Of a stretch of 64,000 nt of DNA, positions 51,792-61,800 are shown in pieces. The DNA lies in NCBI GenBank assembly GCA_964472175.1, contig CAYYJF010000002.1:13904-77903 (forward strand), written 5' to 3'. This DNA is from an uncultured Bacteroidales bacterium (GTDB lineage Bacteria; Bacteroidota; Bacteroidia; Bacteroidales; UBA1402). Under the pieces are notes generated by a model. That model saw only the letters and a program-made list of their open reading frames with translations. It was not told the origin of the DNA and did no database searches. The position numbers and the translations under genes were made by a program. Position 1 is the stretch's first letter, and every line of letters begins with the position of its first letter.

Positions 51792-54098
51792 TTAGGAATT
51801 AATGACAGTGAATCTTGCAAATTTAAGCAATAGTTTACGATATCCTGAATGCTCAAATTCAACTTCAATTTTAGTGTTGTCTCCCGTGTCTTCAATCCCT
51901 GTAACAATACCCATTCCGAACCGATCGTGTGATATTTTGCAACCAATTTGAATGCCTTGCATGGAGGCTGTATCCTGGGTTGGTGTGGCCGGTGCAGAGG
52001 TTTTGGACTTTTCAATCCTGGTGAGTGTTCTTTTGGTAGAAGTGATATTTGGTAAATGGTATGTCGGCTCGGTTTTCTGAAATCTAGGCGATTCAGATTG
52101 TTTGATAAACCCAACGTTGCTTGTCGGATAATCGAGCAGTGAAGCGTCTAAATCCATTAAAAAACGGCTAGGTCTGGTGAAATTGTTTTGGCCATTCCTA
52201 TACCGACTCTTGGCATGGCTCAATGTACAGGTTTTTTTGGCTCGTGTGATGGCCACATACAACAATCGCCTTTCTTCTTCCAGATTTTTTTCATTTTCCA
52301 TCTGGTGTAAAGAAGGAAAGAGCTCTTCTTCCATGCCAACCACGAATACATGATCGAATTCAAGGCCCTTTGAAGCATGGATGGTCATCAAAGTTACACT
52401 ATCCTCTGCGTTATTTTTGGTTTCATCCTGATCGGTTAACAAAGAAACATCCTGCAAATAATGGACAACGGAAGTATCCTCGGAGCCTTCTTCAATACGG
52501 TTGACCACAAATTCATTCATCCCGGCCAAAAGCGATTCGAGGTTTTCTTTCCTGCTTAAATAATCCGGTGAATGCTCCGTTTGCAACTCCTGGTTGATGC
52601 CAGACTCCTGAAGTAGGTTTTTGGTGAGCTCATAGACATCCCAGTCAAACATTTTTCCCCGGAATTTTTCGATGAGTGTCCGAAAAGCGATGAGTTTCTT
52701 CTGAATGCCCGATTGAATGCCATGATTGTTGGTTTCAAGCTGTTCCAATACGTCCCAAATGCCTGTTCCTTGAGAAATGGTGGCTTGCACCAGTTTATTG
52801 ATGGTCGTGTCGCCAATACCTCTTGCCGGAATGTTGACGATTCGTTTAAAAGCTTCCAGGTCATCTTTGTTCAATAACAGTCTCAAATACGCAATGATGT
52901 CCTTAATTTCCTTTCTTTGATAGAAAGAAAGCCCGCCATAGACTCGATAAGGGATATTCCGTTTTCGCAAAGCTTCTTCGAAGATGCGTGATTGCGCATT
53001 GGTTCTGTATAATATCACAAATTCATTCAAATCTGCATGCAAGTTCAGCCGCATTTCAGAAAGCTTGTTTGAGACCATAAAACCTTCTTCCAAATCCGAG
53101 TAGGCAGAAAGAATCTTTATTTTGTTGCCTTGCTCCAAATCTGAAAACACTTTTTTGGGAATTTGCCCTTTGTTCTTTTCAATCAGACTGTTTGCGGCTT
53201 CAACAATCGTTTTTGTAGAACGGTAATTTTGCTCCAGCTTGAAGAGCTTTCCTTCAGGATAATTGTTTTTAAAATGCAAAATATTTTCAATGTTTGCACC
53301 CCGAAAAGAATAGATGCTTTGAGAATCATCACCAACCACACATATTTTGTGGTGTCTCTCCGCCAACTTCTTTAGAATCAGATATTGAGAAAAGTTGGTG
53401 TCCTGATACTCATCAACCAGAATAAACTGAAAAATCTGTTGATAATGCTCCAGGATTTGGGGATGGTCTCTGAAGAGAATGTTGGTATTGAACAACAAAT
53501 CGTCAAAATCCATGACATTGGCCTTCCGGCAACGTTGTACATAACTACTGTAGATTTCTTTAAATACAGGTCTTTTGCCTAAAATGTCCTGTCTGATCCA
53601 TTCCGCTTGATTTGGATAAGCTTCGGCAGAAATCAAATCATTTTTTGCAGCAGAAATTCGATTTAAGACAAAGCTGGGCTTGTATATTTTATCGTCCAGT
53701 TTCATCTCTTTGATGATGGATTTGATCAGGCTTTTGCTGTCTGATGTATCGTAAATTGTGAAAGACGAGTTGTAACCGATGTGTTCACATTCTTTTTTCA
53801 GGATCCTTAAAAAGACCGAATGAAAGGTGCCCATCCAAACCCTTTCCGATGCCTCACGGTTGATCAATGAACCAATTCTTTCTCTCATCTCCCGGGCAGC
53901 TTTGTTGGTAAAGGTTAAGGAAAGAATAGACCACGGCTGATATCCCAATGCAATCAAATAAGCGATTTTGTGTGTCAGTACACGCGTTTTACCTGAGCCT
54001 GCTCCGGCAATAATCAAAGAAGGCCCATCTACATATTGAACCGCTTCTTTTTGGTTAAAATTCAGATTGTTAAGTAGTTCTGTCAATTTGGCAAGCAT
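51792..54098 (-). CDS. uvrD: UvrD/PcrA/Rep-family ATP-dependent DNA helicase
   Basis: 768 aa. Motif I AGAGSGKTRVLTHKIAYL, motif II VDEYQDTN, motif VI VAITRAKK, and a C-terminal Tudor-like tail (HDRFGMGIVTGIE). Confidence 0.9.
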   Translation of the reverse strand: MLAKLTELLNNLNFNQKEAVQYVDGPSLIIAGAGSGKTRVLTHKIAYLIALGYQPWSILSLTFTNKAAREMRERIGSLINREASERVWMGTFHSVFLRILKKECEHIGYNSSFTIYDTSDSKSLIKSIIKEMKLDDKIYKPSFVLNRISAAKNDLISAEAYPNQAEWIRQDILGKRPVFKEIYSSYVQRCRKANVMDFDDLLFNTNILFRDHPQILEHYQQIFQFILVDEYQDTNFSQYLILKKLAERHHKICVVGDDSQSIYSFRGANIENILHFKNNYPEGKLFKLEQNYRSTKTIVEAANSLIEKNKGQIPKKVFSDLEQGNKIKILSAYSDLEEGFMVSNKLSEMRLNLHADLNEFVILYRTNAQSRIFEEALRKRNIPYRVYGGLSFYQRKEIKDIIAYLRLLLNKDDLEAFKRIVNIPARGIGDTTINKLVQATISQGTGIWDVLEQLETNNHGIQSGIQKKLIAFRTLIEKFRGKMFDWDVYELTKNLLQESGINQELQTEHSPDYLSRKENLESLLAGMNEFVVNRIEEGSEDTSVVHYLQDVSLLTDQDETKNNAEDSVTLMTIHASKGLEFDHVFVVGMEEELFPSLHQMENEKNLEEERRLLYVAITRAKKTCTLSHAKSRYRNGQNNFTRPSRFLMDLDASLLDYPTSNVGFIKQSESPRFQKTEPTYHLPNITSTKRTLTRIEKSKTSAPATPTQDTASMQGIQIGCKISHDRFGMGIVTGIEDTGDNTKIEVEFEHSGYRKLLLKFARFTVINS

Positions 54099-54112
54099 AA
54101 AAAATGATCCAT

Positions 54113-54120
54113 CAAAGGTA
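54113..54120 (-). promoter_or_regulatory. Candidate -7 promoter box for uvrD-nspC
   Basis: Minus strand reads TACCTTTG, 15 nt upstream of the ATG at 54098. Confidence 0.45.
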
Positions 54121-54165
54121 GGCGCATTTTTTCAATAAACAGAGCTGGTTTCATTGAAAAATCAG

Positions 54166-54173
54166 TATATTTG
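54166..54173 (+). promoter_or_regulatory. Candidate -7 promoter box for the superoxide dismutase gene
   Basis: TATATTTG, 36 nt upstream of the ATG at 54209. Confidence 0.45.
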
Positions 54174-54208
54174 TTGTTAACGTATGTTTCACCAAAAACC
54201 AAACGATT

Positions 54209-54781
54209 ATGACATTTGAACTGCCAAAGTTGGGGTACAATTCGACTGAACTCCAACCCGTTCTGAGTGAACAAACACTATCCTTCCATTATGGGAAACA
54301 CCACCAGACTTATGTGGATAATTTGAATAAGTTGGTTCTTGGAACGGCTTTTGAAAAAATGAGCTTGGAAGAAATCATCAAAAATGCGCAACCAGGTCCC
54401 ATTTTCAACAATGCTGCCCAAGTATGGAATCATACCTTCTATTTTGAAACTTTCACCAAACCTGGAAAGCCCAATGCTGTTGTTTCTGAAATTGAGATTC
54501 AATTTGGAAGTATGGATGCTTTCAAAGAAGACTTTGGAAAAGCTGCGCTTGCGCTTTTTGGATCAGGTTGGTTGTGGTTGGCCAAAGATGAAAACGGCAA
54601 ACTGAACATCGTCGCAGAGTCTAATGCAGGAAATCCATTGACAAAAGGGCTCACTCCAATCTTATGTTTTGATGTATGGGAACATGCCTACTATCTCGAT
54701 TATCAAAACAGAAGGGCAGAATATGTCTCAAAACTTTGGGATATTATTGACTGGGATGTTGTGAAGAAAAGACTGTTATAA
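54209..54781 (+). CDS. sodB: Fe/Mn-family superoxide dismutase (Fe-type signature)
   Basis: 190 aa. Motifs: LPKLGYNSTELQPVLSEQTLSFHYGKHH, AAQVWNHTFYF and DVWEHAYYLDYQNRR. Confidence 0.92.
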   Translation: MTFELPKLGYNSTELQPVLSEQTLSFHYGKHHQTYVDNLNKLVLGTAFEKMSLEEIIKNAQPGPIFNNAAQVWNHTFYFETFTKPGKPNAVVSEIEIQFGSMDAFKEDFGKAALALFGSGWLWLAKDENGKLNIVAESNAGNPLTKGLTPILCFDVWEHAYYLDYQNRRAEYVSKLWDIIDWDVVKKRLL

Positions 54782-54802
54782 AATATTGACAATTAGTCAT
54801 AT

Positions 54803-54846
54803 AAACCGTTAAACCTAAACAATTGGTTTAACGGTTTTCTTTTTTG
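54803..54846. terminator. Bidirectional terminator shared by sodB and the convergent acyltransferase gene
   Basis: Perfect 13-bp stem AAACCGTTAAACC/GGTTTAACGGTTT with a 9-nt loop, followed by TCTTTTTTG. The right arm contains the acyltransferase stop codon (54828-54830). Confidence 0.65.
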
Positions 54847-56186
54847 TCCAAAATGGCTGCAAACAATATTTGCTTGATTTGATTCAACGCTTTACGAGCT
54901 TGTATCAATCTGGCTTTTTTATTGCCAAATCGATATGGAAACAATTGAAAACCGATTCTTGCAGCAGATCTGAATCGTTCAGCATAGATGCTCCAAATAA
55001 AAAGGGCAAAAAAGGCAATCACCGTTTGAACAAAATGAAAACCAAAGCATAGGCCCATTGAAATGGCAAGAACGATTTGATAAAGGAGCAGGGATAGACC
55101 ACCAATGGCATAGGCAAAAGTGTGGTACATCTGTCTGTCTTCAAGCGTATTTAGAAATTGTTTTGTAATAAATCGACTCGGCATATTCACTAGAAGGATG
55201 GGTGCAAAAAACAGTGTTTTCAAAAACAACCATACATCAGTTTTAAATGAGGGTGCAGATTCCAGGTATCTGGTGATTTCGTTTTCCGTTGCCGGAAGTT
55301 GATGAATGTCCTTACCAAGCAATTGAAGCTGTTTGTACGTTGAAGAATCATTTTTTTCCATCTCATCCAGGATATGGGTTATAAATGATCTGGCTTCAAA
55401 GCGTTTTCCTGCCTCTGTACTGAAACCATAAGGCAGTTCATTCTTACTCATATATTCCAGGTAAGCACCGGCACCATAACAACTCAATGAATAGGTGCTC
55501 GTGTAATCCGTACTTCTGACATCCTGCATGAGCAGGCTAAGCTCTTCAGAAAGCGCTTGTTTCATTGTGGATAAACCAATGGATGGATTTTCCAGGTATG
55601 ATTCCATGTAATCACCAACACACATTGGTTTTCCAAACGTGACGACCAGGTCTGACCCTGAGTGCTCAAAATCACTGTGGTCAAGTCCAACGGGAATGAT
55701 GTAGACGTGCTTTTCCCCTTCCAAAGTTTCTTCAGCCTTAAATGCAATTCGAAAAATACCTTTAACCAAAGGTCTGAGCTTGTGATGCTCACCATGATTG
55801 CCTTCAGGCATCACCCCCAAACATTTGGAATCTTTCAGGACACCAACAGCCATCTCCATTTGTTGTTCATTTTTGGAGAGATGTGAAAATCCATCCCGTA
55901 TGCGGTAAATGGGTGCCACTTTGATGAAAAATAACAATTTCGCAATCAAAGGATTTTTGAAAATATCTGCACGTGCCAAATATACAATTGGCTCACTTTG
56001 AAAAAATATTACAGCCAAAGGATCTATCAGGCCACATTGATGATTGGCTGCAAAAATAATAGGCTGGTTTTGAGGAATATTTTCCTGCCCCTTGATTTCA
56101 ATCGTCCTGAAATACTTTGAAAATGCGTAACTCAAAAATAATTTCAGCGCTTTGTAATAAAACCGATCGTCCTGGATTTTCTTCAT
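54828..56186 (-). CDS. Lysophospholipid/glycerol-3-phosphate acyltransferase-family protein (PlsC-like) with a C-terminal multi-TM extension
   Basis: 452 aa. Acyltransferase block FAANHQCGLIDPLAV and GVMPEGNHG. The C-terminal ~120 aa contain several hydrophobic helices. ATGA overlap with the upstream BASS gene. Confidence 0.75.
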   Translation of the reverse strand: MKKIQDDRFYYKALKLFLSYAFSKYFRTIEIKGQENIPQNQPIIFAANHQCGLIDPLAVIFFQSEPIVYLARADIFKNPLIAKLLFFIKVAPIYRIRDGFSHLSKNEQQMEMAVGVLKDSKCLGVMPEGNHGEHHKLRPLVKGIFRIAFKAEETLEGEKHVYIIPVGLDHSDFEHSGSDLVVTFGKPMCVGDYMESYLENPSIGLSTMKQALSEELSLLMQDVRSTDYTSTYSLSCYGAGAYLEYMSKNELPYGFSTEAGKRFEARSFITHILDEMEKNDSSTYKQLQLLGKDIHQLPATENEITRYLESAPSFKTDVWLFLKTLFFAPILLVNMPSRFITKQFLNTLEDRQMYHTFAYAIGGLSLLLYQIVLAISMGLCFGFHFVQTVIAFFALFIWSIYAERFRSAARIGFQLFPYRFGNKKARLIQARKALNQIKQILFAAILDKKENR

Positions 56187-57145
56187 TTCAACAACGGTCT
56201 TTTTACAGATTTTCTGTGCCAGTAACTACCTAATATTAAACCTGATATAATATGCCAAATGCCCCACCAGGCTGTAATGAGCAACATACCACCGATGGGC
56301 ATCTCGGCGGGAAATATCTTCGGATTCAGCAGCAAAGCCAATCCCAAACCGCTATTTTGTATGCCGACCTCAATGGTCGTCGTGCGTTTGTCTTTTGCAG
56401 ATAATCTGAATGCCGCACCGACTCCGTAACCGGTGAGCAATGCCAATGCATTGTGAACCAAAACAATGATAAAGATGAAGTAGATATATTCCAGAAAAAT
56501 ATCAATGTTGTTGGAAAAAGCCAATACAATCATCAAAATAAAGGCGATAATAGATAAACGTTGAAAGGTAGGAGCCAATTGTCGGGCAACATTTGGTCTG
56601 ATTTTGACCAATAACTGACCAATAATCAGTGGAATACCCAACAAAATAAATACCGTTAGAAACATTTGTCCGGGATCAATAGAAATGGGTTGAAGCAATT
56701 CATGAGAATGTTTTGAAATGTATTTGGTGTACAAATTGCCGTAAAATGAAAAATTAAAAGGGGTCATGAACAAAGCTGTTACCGTTGTAATCGCTGTTAA
56801 CGAAACGGACAATTCAACATTGCCCTTTGAAAATTGACTGATAAAGTTTGAAATGTTTCCACCTGGGCATGCTGCTACCAAAATCATCCCCATGGCGATG
56901 GTCGGAGTCAACAATTGATGGCAGAACATGACCAATAAAAAAGTAACCAAAGGCAGCATGATCAATTGTCCAACCATACCTGAAATAATGGGAATGGGTT
57001 TCTTGAACAAAGTGGCAAACTCCCTGGGGTTGATCGATAAAGCCACACCAAACATAATGAATGAGAGAATGATGTTTAATATGTGCGATCCCGTTTCTGA
57101 GAAGTTTATTTTAATTTGGTCTAATTCAACAAGTTGTTCTATCAT
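56183..57145 (-). CDS. Bile acid:sodium symporter (BASS/SBF) family transporter
   Basis: 320 aa polytopic membrane protein. The ACPGGNISNF and GIQNSGLGLAL segments are typical of the SBF family. Confidence 0.8.
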   Translation of the reverse strand: MIEQLVELDQIKINFSETGSHILNIILSFIMFGVALSINPREFATLFKKPIPIISGMVGQLIMLPLVTFLLVMFCHQLLTPTIAMGMILVAACPGGNISNFISQFSKGNVELSVSLTAITTVTALFMTPFNFSFYGNLYTKYISKHSHELLQPISIDPGQMFLTVFILLGIPLIIGQLLVKIRPNVARQLAPTFQRLSIIAFILMIVLAFSNNIDIFLEYIYFIFIIVLVHNALALLTGYGVGAAFRLSAKDKRTTTIEVGIQNSGLGLALLLNPKIFPAEMPIGGMLLITAWWGIWHIISGLILGSYWHRKSVKRPLLK

Positions 57146-57238
57146 GGGCGAAAAAAGTGACGGGTTATTCCGTTTGAAATATTCTGAGAAATTGCCACGA
57201 ATTTACCAATAATTACTTGCCATGCAAGCATTTCTTAG

Positions 57239-57246
57239 TAAATTTG
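57239..57246 (+). promoter_or_regulatory. Candidate -7 promoter box for proS
   Basis: TAAATTTG, 40 nt upstream of the ATG at 57286. Confidence 0.4.
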
Positions 57247-57285
57247 TTCCCCGAAAAATCAAATGTTTTCGATTTATAAAAGATT

Positions 57286-58767
57286 ATGGCAAAAGAACTT
57301 AAAGAACTCACATCACGATCGGTTGATTATTCCCAATGGTATCAGGATCTGGTCATTAAAGCCGATTTGGCAGAAAATTCAGCCGTCAGAGGATGTATGG
57401 TCATCAAACCATATGGTTACGCTATTTGGGAAAGAATCCAACGTCAGTTGGATGATATGTTCAAAGAAACAGGTCATGTGAATGCCTATTTCCCGATATT
57501 TATTCCCAAATCATTTTTAAGCAAAGAAGCGGAACATGTAGAGGGTTTTGCCAAAGAATGTGCGGTGGTGACACATCACCGCTTGATGAATGACCCCAAT
57601 GGTAAAGGCGTCGTCGTTGACCCTGATGCAAAATTGGATGAAGAGCTGATAGTAAGACCCACATCAGAAACCATTATTTGGAATACCTACAAAAATTGGA
57701 TTCAATCATACCGTGATTTACCCATTTTGTGCAATCAATGGGCCAACGTGGTACGGTGGGAGATGAGAACCCGTTTGTTTCTGCGTACGGCTGAGTTTTT
57801 GTGGCAAGAAGGACATACTGCACACGCAACCAGAGAAGAAGCAGAAGAGGAAGCTGAAAAAATGCTCAATGTTTATGCCACTTTTGCTGAAGAATTTCTG
57901 GCATTGCCCGTTTTGAGAGGCGTAAAGACTGCCAGTGAACGTTTTGCAGGCGCTCTGGACACCTACTGTATTGAAGCGCTGATGCAGGACGGTAAGGCTT
58001 TACAGGCAGGAACTTCTCATTTTCTAGGTCAGAATTTTGCCAAAGCATTCGATGTGACTTTTGTTAGCAAAGAAAACAAACAAGAATACGTTTGGGCCAC
58101 CTCATGGGGCGTTTCAACCCGACTCATCGGTGCGTTGATTATGGCGCATTCCGATGACAACGGATTGGTTTTACCCCCCAGTCTGGCACCCATTCAAGTC
58201 GTCATTGTTCCCATCTACAAAAATGATGAACAATTGAAACAAATCAGTGAAAAAGTGGCCCCTCTTTTGGCACAATTAAAATCAATGGGCATTCGTGTGA
58301 AATTTGATGACTCAGATACGAAGAAACCCGGATGGAAATTTTCCGAATACGAATTGAAAGGTGTTCCAATCCGATTGGCTTTTGGCGCCCGTGATTTGGA
58401 AAACAATACCGTTGAAATTGCAAGACGTGATACTTTGACCAAAGAAACGCGTTCGTTTAACGATATTGCCGCTTACATGAACCAACTCTTGAAAGAAATC
58501 CAAGAAACCATCTACAACAAAGCTTTTGATTTCAGAAGTGCAAGTACCAGAGAAGTGAATTCTTACGATGCGTTTAAAGTTGAAATTGAAAAAGGCGGAT
58601 TTTTACTTTGTCATTGGGATGGAACTCCCGAAACGGAAGAAAAAATCAAGAATGAAACCAAAGCGACCATCCGCTGTATTCCTTTAGAAGGCGATTTGAC
58701 ACCCGGAAAATGTATGGTTACAGGTAATCCATCCAAACAACGCGTTGTGTTTGCAAGGGCGTATTAA
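57286..58767 (+). CDS. proS: Proline--tRNA ligase, archaeal/eukaryote-like type (no INS editing insertion)
   Basis: 493 aa. N-terminus ...[35 protein letters not shown], class II motifs, and a C-terminal Zn-binding-like domain ending in ARAY. Confidence 0.93.
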   Translation: MAKELKELTSRSVDYSQWYQDLVIKADLAENSAVRGCMVIKPYGYAIWERIQRQLDDMFKETGHVNAYFPIFIPKSFLSKEAEHVEGFAKECAVVTHHRLMNDPNGKGVVVDPDAKLDEELIVRPTSETIIWNTYKNWIQSYRDLPILCNQWANVVRWEMRTRLFLRTAEFLWQEGHTAHATREEAEEEAEKMLNVYATFAEEFLALPVLRGVKTASERFAGALDTYCIEALMQDGKALQAGTSHFLGQNFAKAFDVTFVSKENKQEYVWATSWGVSTRLIGALIMAHSDDNGLVLPPSLAPIQVVIVPIYKNDEQLKQISEKVAPLLAQLKSMGIRVKFDDSDTKKPGWKFSEYELKGVPIRLAFGARDLENNTVEIARRDTLTKETRSFNDIAAYMNQLLKEIQETIYNKAFDFRSASTREVNSYDAFKVEIEKGGFLLCHWDGTPETEEKIKNETKATIRCIPLEGDLTPGKCMVTGNPSKQRVVFARAY

Positions 58768-58789
58768 CCATTCGTTTAAATTGAAATAG

Positions 58790-58821
58790 AAGAAGGGAAA
58801 GTTACTTTTCCTTCTTTTTTT
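58790..58821 (+). terminator. Rho-independent terminator of proS, overlapping the tamB stop codon
   Basis: Stem AAGAAGGGAAA/TTTTCCTTCTT (one G-U pair), loop GTTAC, followed by T5. The tamB stop (58802-58804) lies in the loop. Confidence 0.5.
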
Positions 58822-61800
58822 GTGTCCCGAACAGATCAAATATAGAGTTGAAATCCTGTTTGAAAAGAATACCAGCTCCCTGCGTATTCAAAGCCGATTT
58901 AAAATACCTGTTATCGTTGGCTCTGTTGAAGAACTTCCAACTCCACTTTTGAGACTTTTTAAATTTCAAACTCGCATCAAATTCTCCAATAAATTGGTTT
59001 CCTCCTCCGTTTTGAATCAGGTTTTCTCTGGAACCCACGTTGCTGTTCACCGTCAAGCGGTTATTAAAGAAATTTCCGCCCAGATTGACACCCCATTCAC
59101 CTCCCCATTGCCCGGGAGTGGTACTTTCATATCCTGAATTCTTATAATTGAAGTTAAAATTCATGTTTGCCTGACCCAAAACGCCATTCATCACATTGTT
59201 CAACTGCGAGGAAAGGGTAGATATCCCCGTATTCAATACCGTTGACATCCCGCTATTGTTGGCAGTGCTTTGAGTTGAAGACAAGGAAGGGGTGCTGAAC
59301 CGACCGAAAAGCATTAAGAATACCAGTTGTTGGTTCATGGCATCTTCCGTATTGATGACATCATTGATGCTCCTTACCAAATCATCATCGGCTGAAGGGT
59401 ATTCCAAATCCAACTTAATGCCTGGCTTTTGAAGCTCGCCGTTGAGCTTTAGCAAACAATTCACAGGAATATTCGTCCTGTTCAGGTTTAATCCAGCCAA
59501 GACATCCGATGGCAACAAATCGGCCAATTGGGCATTGACCGTATAAGCAGCTGAAATGTCAACCTGAGCTGCAAACGGATCTCCCGAGAAAGTGATGCTT
59601 CCATCATCCTTAAGCGAGAAATCTCTTCTCAATATATCTTGATAGATGAACGTATACTTTCCTTTTTGAATGTTGTACCTTCCATATAAGGCAATATCTG
59701 CATCATCAGAAAACACACATCTCAAATTGCCTTCACCAGTTGCCACAATTTCATCGCCTGTTGACGGATCCGTAACCAGCGTCAGCAAACCTTCAGGCGT
59801 CGCTTCAATCTGCAAATTGACTGTCAGTTTTCCCTCACTGTCAATATCGGAATGATCTGTTTTTTCCACTTTTCCAAAATGGATGATTTCCGTTTGAACA
59901 CGAACCGGTTGTTTTTTTTCAAACTGAATAAATCCGGCATCAAAAACTTCCTTATCATTTAAAAAAGAGATGGTTACGTTCGTGTTTCTTTCTGTTTTCA
60001 GGTTGACATCGATGGTGGTTTCATTTCGAATACCATTGATAGAAACAGTGCCCGAGCCATAGGCTTTTCCATAAAAATAGGCTTCGGGATTGGGTGGCAA
60101 ATCCATACACAGAATTTTATTCCCGATGATTTCAATCGACGTTCTGGAATTTTTAAAATGGTTGTGTCGAATGGTGCCGTTCGCAATGGCAATGTTCCCT
60201 TCATTGTCCCTGACCTCTGTATTTTCAAACTTGATTAAAGTCGGTGATAATTCTAAAGAATCAGAAAAGTGATAGCGGGTATTTAACATGTCGATGCCGA
60301 AAGATCCATCTTCAATGTATGCCTTGGTGTATATTGCCAACCGCTTCATAGGGCCTTCAATTCGTACATTTCCGCTTGCTTTTCCCTGAATTTTTTTCAA
60401 AATATCACCCAAGTATGGCTCAAGGAAAGCCAATGGTAAATGATGGGCATCCAAAGAGAGAAACATGGAATCTTTAGAAGGATAAAAATATCCCTTACCC
60501 AAAGCCAGGAGCCTTGTGGAATCGTTTTCTATTTCATGTTTATAGACTTCCGCATCCAGAACAAGTGCTTTGATTTGGTTGTCCCATTTTGACGTCGCCT
60601 GCAGGTCACCAAGCACTTCCTTATTCAATGAAAATTGTTTGACCTGAATATCTGCATTCAGATTTGTTTGACCAAAGAATTTTGTAATATGGGCATCTCC
60701 GGTTGCAATGCCACCCAATTTCACATTGCTTTTTGGCAACAAATCAAAGATGTAATCCAAACTGAAATTATTCAAAGAAACCTGTATGGTGTCTGTTTCT
60801 TTATTTGAAGCAATCCCTTGGATTTTGATAAATTGGTCATCGTGAATGAATTGAAAATGCTCTATACCAAGTGCGTTGTTTTCCCAGATCAATTTTGATG
60901 GGGATATATTCCAGATGGTATCGTTTACGATCATGTTGGAAGCGTTTAAGGTTCCATCTATCCCAGTTTTTCCTGTCGAATTCTTATAAAAACGTAAATT
61001 TCCAAGAATATTTCCACTGAATGTATGAATGCCCTGATTCGATACATTGAGTTTAAAACTGGCAATATCGTCTTTTCCCCTGATATCCATATTCACTTTG
61101 ATTGGATCTGCATTGCTTCCAACCTGAGCATAAGCAATTAGTTTTGCTTCATTTTGCGGATTTTCCAACAGAAATCCTGCATCCTGTATTTGTGTTTTTC
61201 CGTAAACTAAATTGGAGACATTGCCACGCAATCTGAATTTTCCAGTGGCATCATTGATGAACCCCTGAATGTCTATCTGATCATTTGATTCAAGGGGTAT
61301 TTTTAACAGCTTAAAAATCGGATTGTTAGATGCAATTTGTGCTTGAATGGTACAATTTGTACTCAACGACGGTGTTAAATTCGGACTCAACAACGTTGGC
61401 ATGAAATGATGTAAAACACCTTTGAAAGCTTTGACCAAATTTGACAAGGCAAAAGTTCCAACCATTTGACCCGTGATGAGGTTGGATTGAACTGATATGA
61501 CATCGCCGACTCCGGATTGTTTGGACTGGATTTCAATTTTAGGTACAAAAAACCTGTCTGCTGTTTGTTTGATCAACAAACTATCGACCGTAATCAGACC
61601 TGTCATTTGGTCCATTTTTTTACCCTTCAGATCTGTTTTTAAGTGAAAACCTACGTTCTTGAAACGATCATCCCGTATCCAATCTGTAAAGTCAAATGCA
61701 TGGGTGGTTAAATCAAATTCATAGACTGGTAATACGCCTCCCCAAACAAACAAGCCTTGAAAATTAATGCTGCCTGATCCTTTCTGGATAAAGGCGTTGC

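Noticed and set aside
51782-52114. 110-aa ORF on the minus strand overlapping the uvrD 3' end in another frame.
   Set aside because: The uvrD frame carries the conserved C-terminal Tudor-like tail across this region. The alternative frame has no start context and no motif.
57146-57285. 140-nt divergent intergenic region between the BASS gene and proS, checked for a riboswitch or T-box-like leader (it contains a CTGAGA string reminiscent of the TPP motif).
   Set aside because: Only a tiny hairpin (CTTGC-CAT-GCAAG) is present. None of the flanking conserved TPP or T-box elements are there, and a -7 box for proS explains the region.
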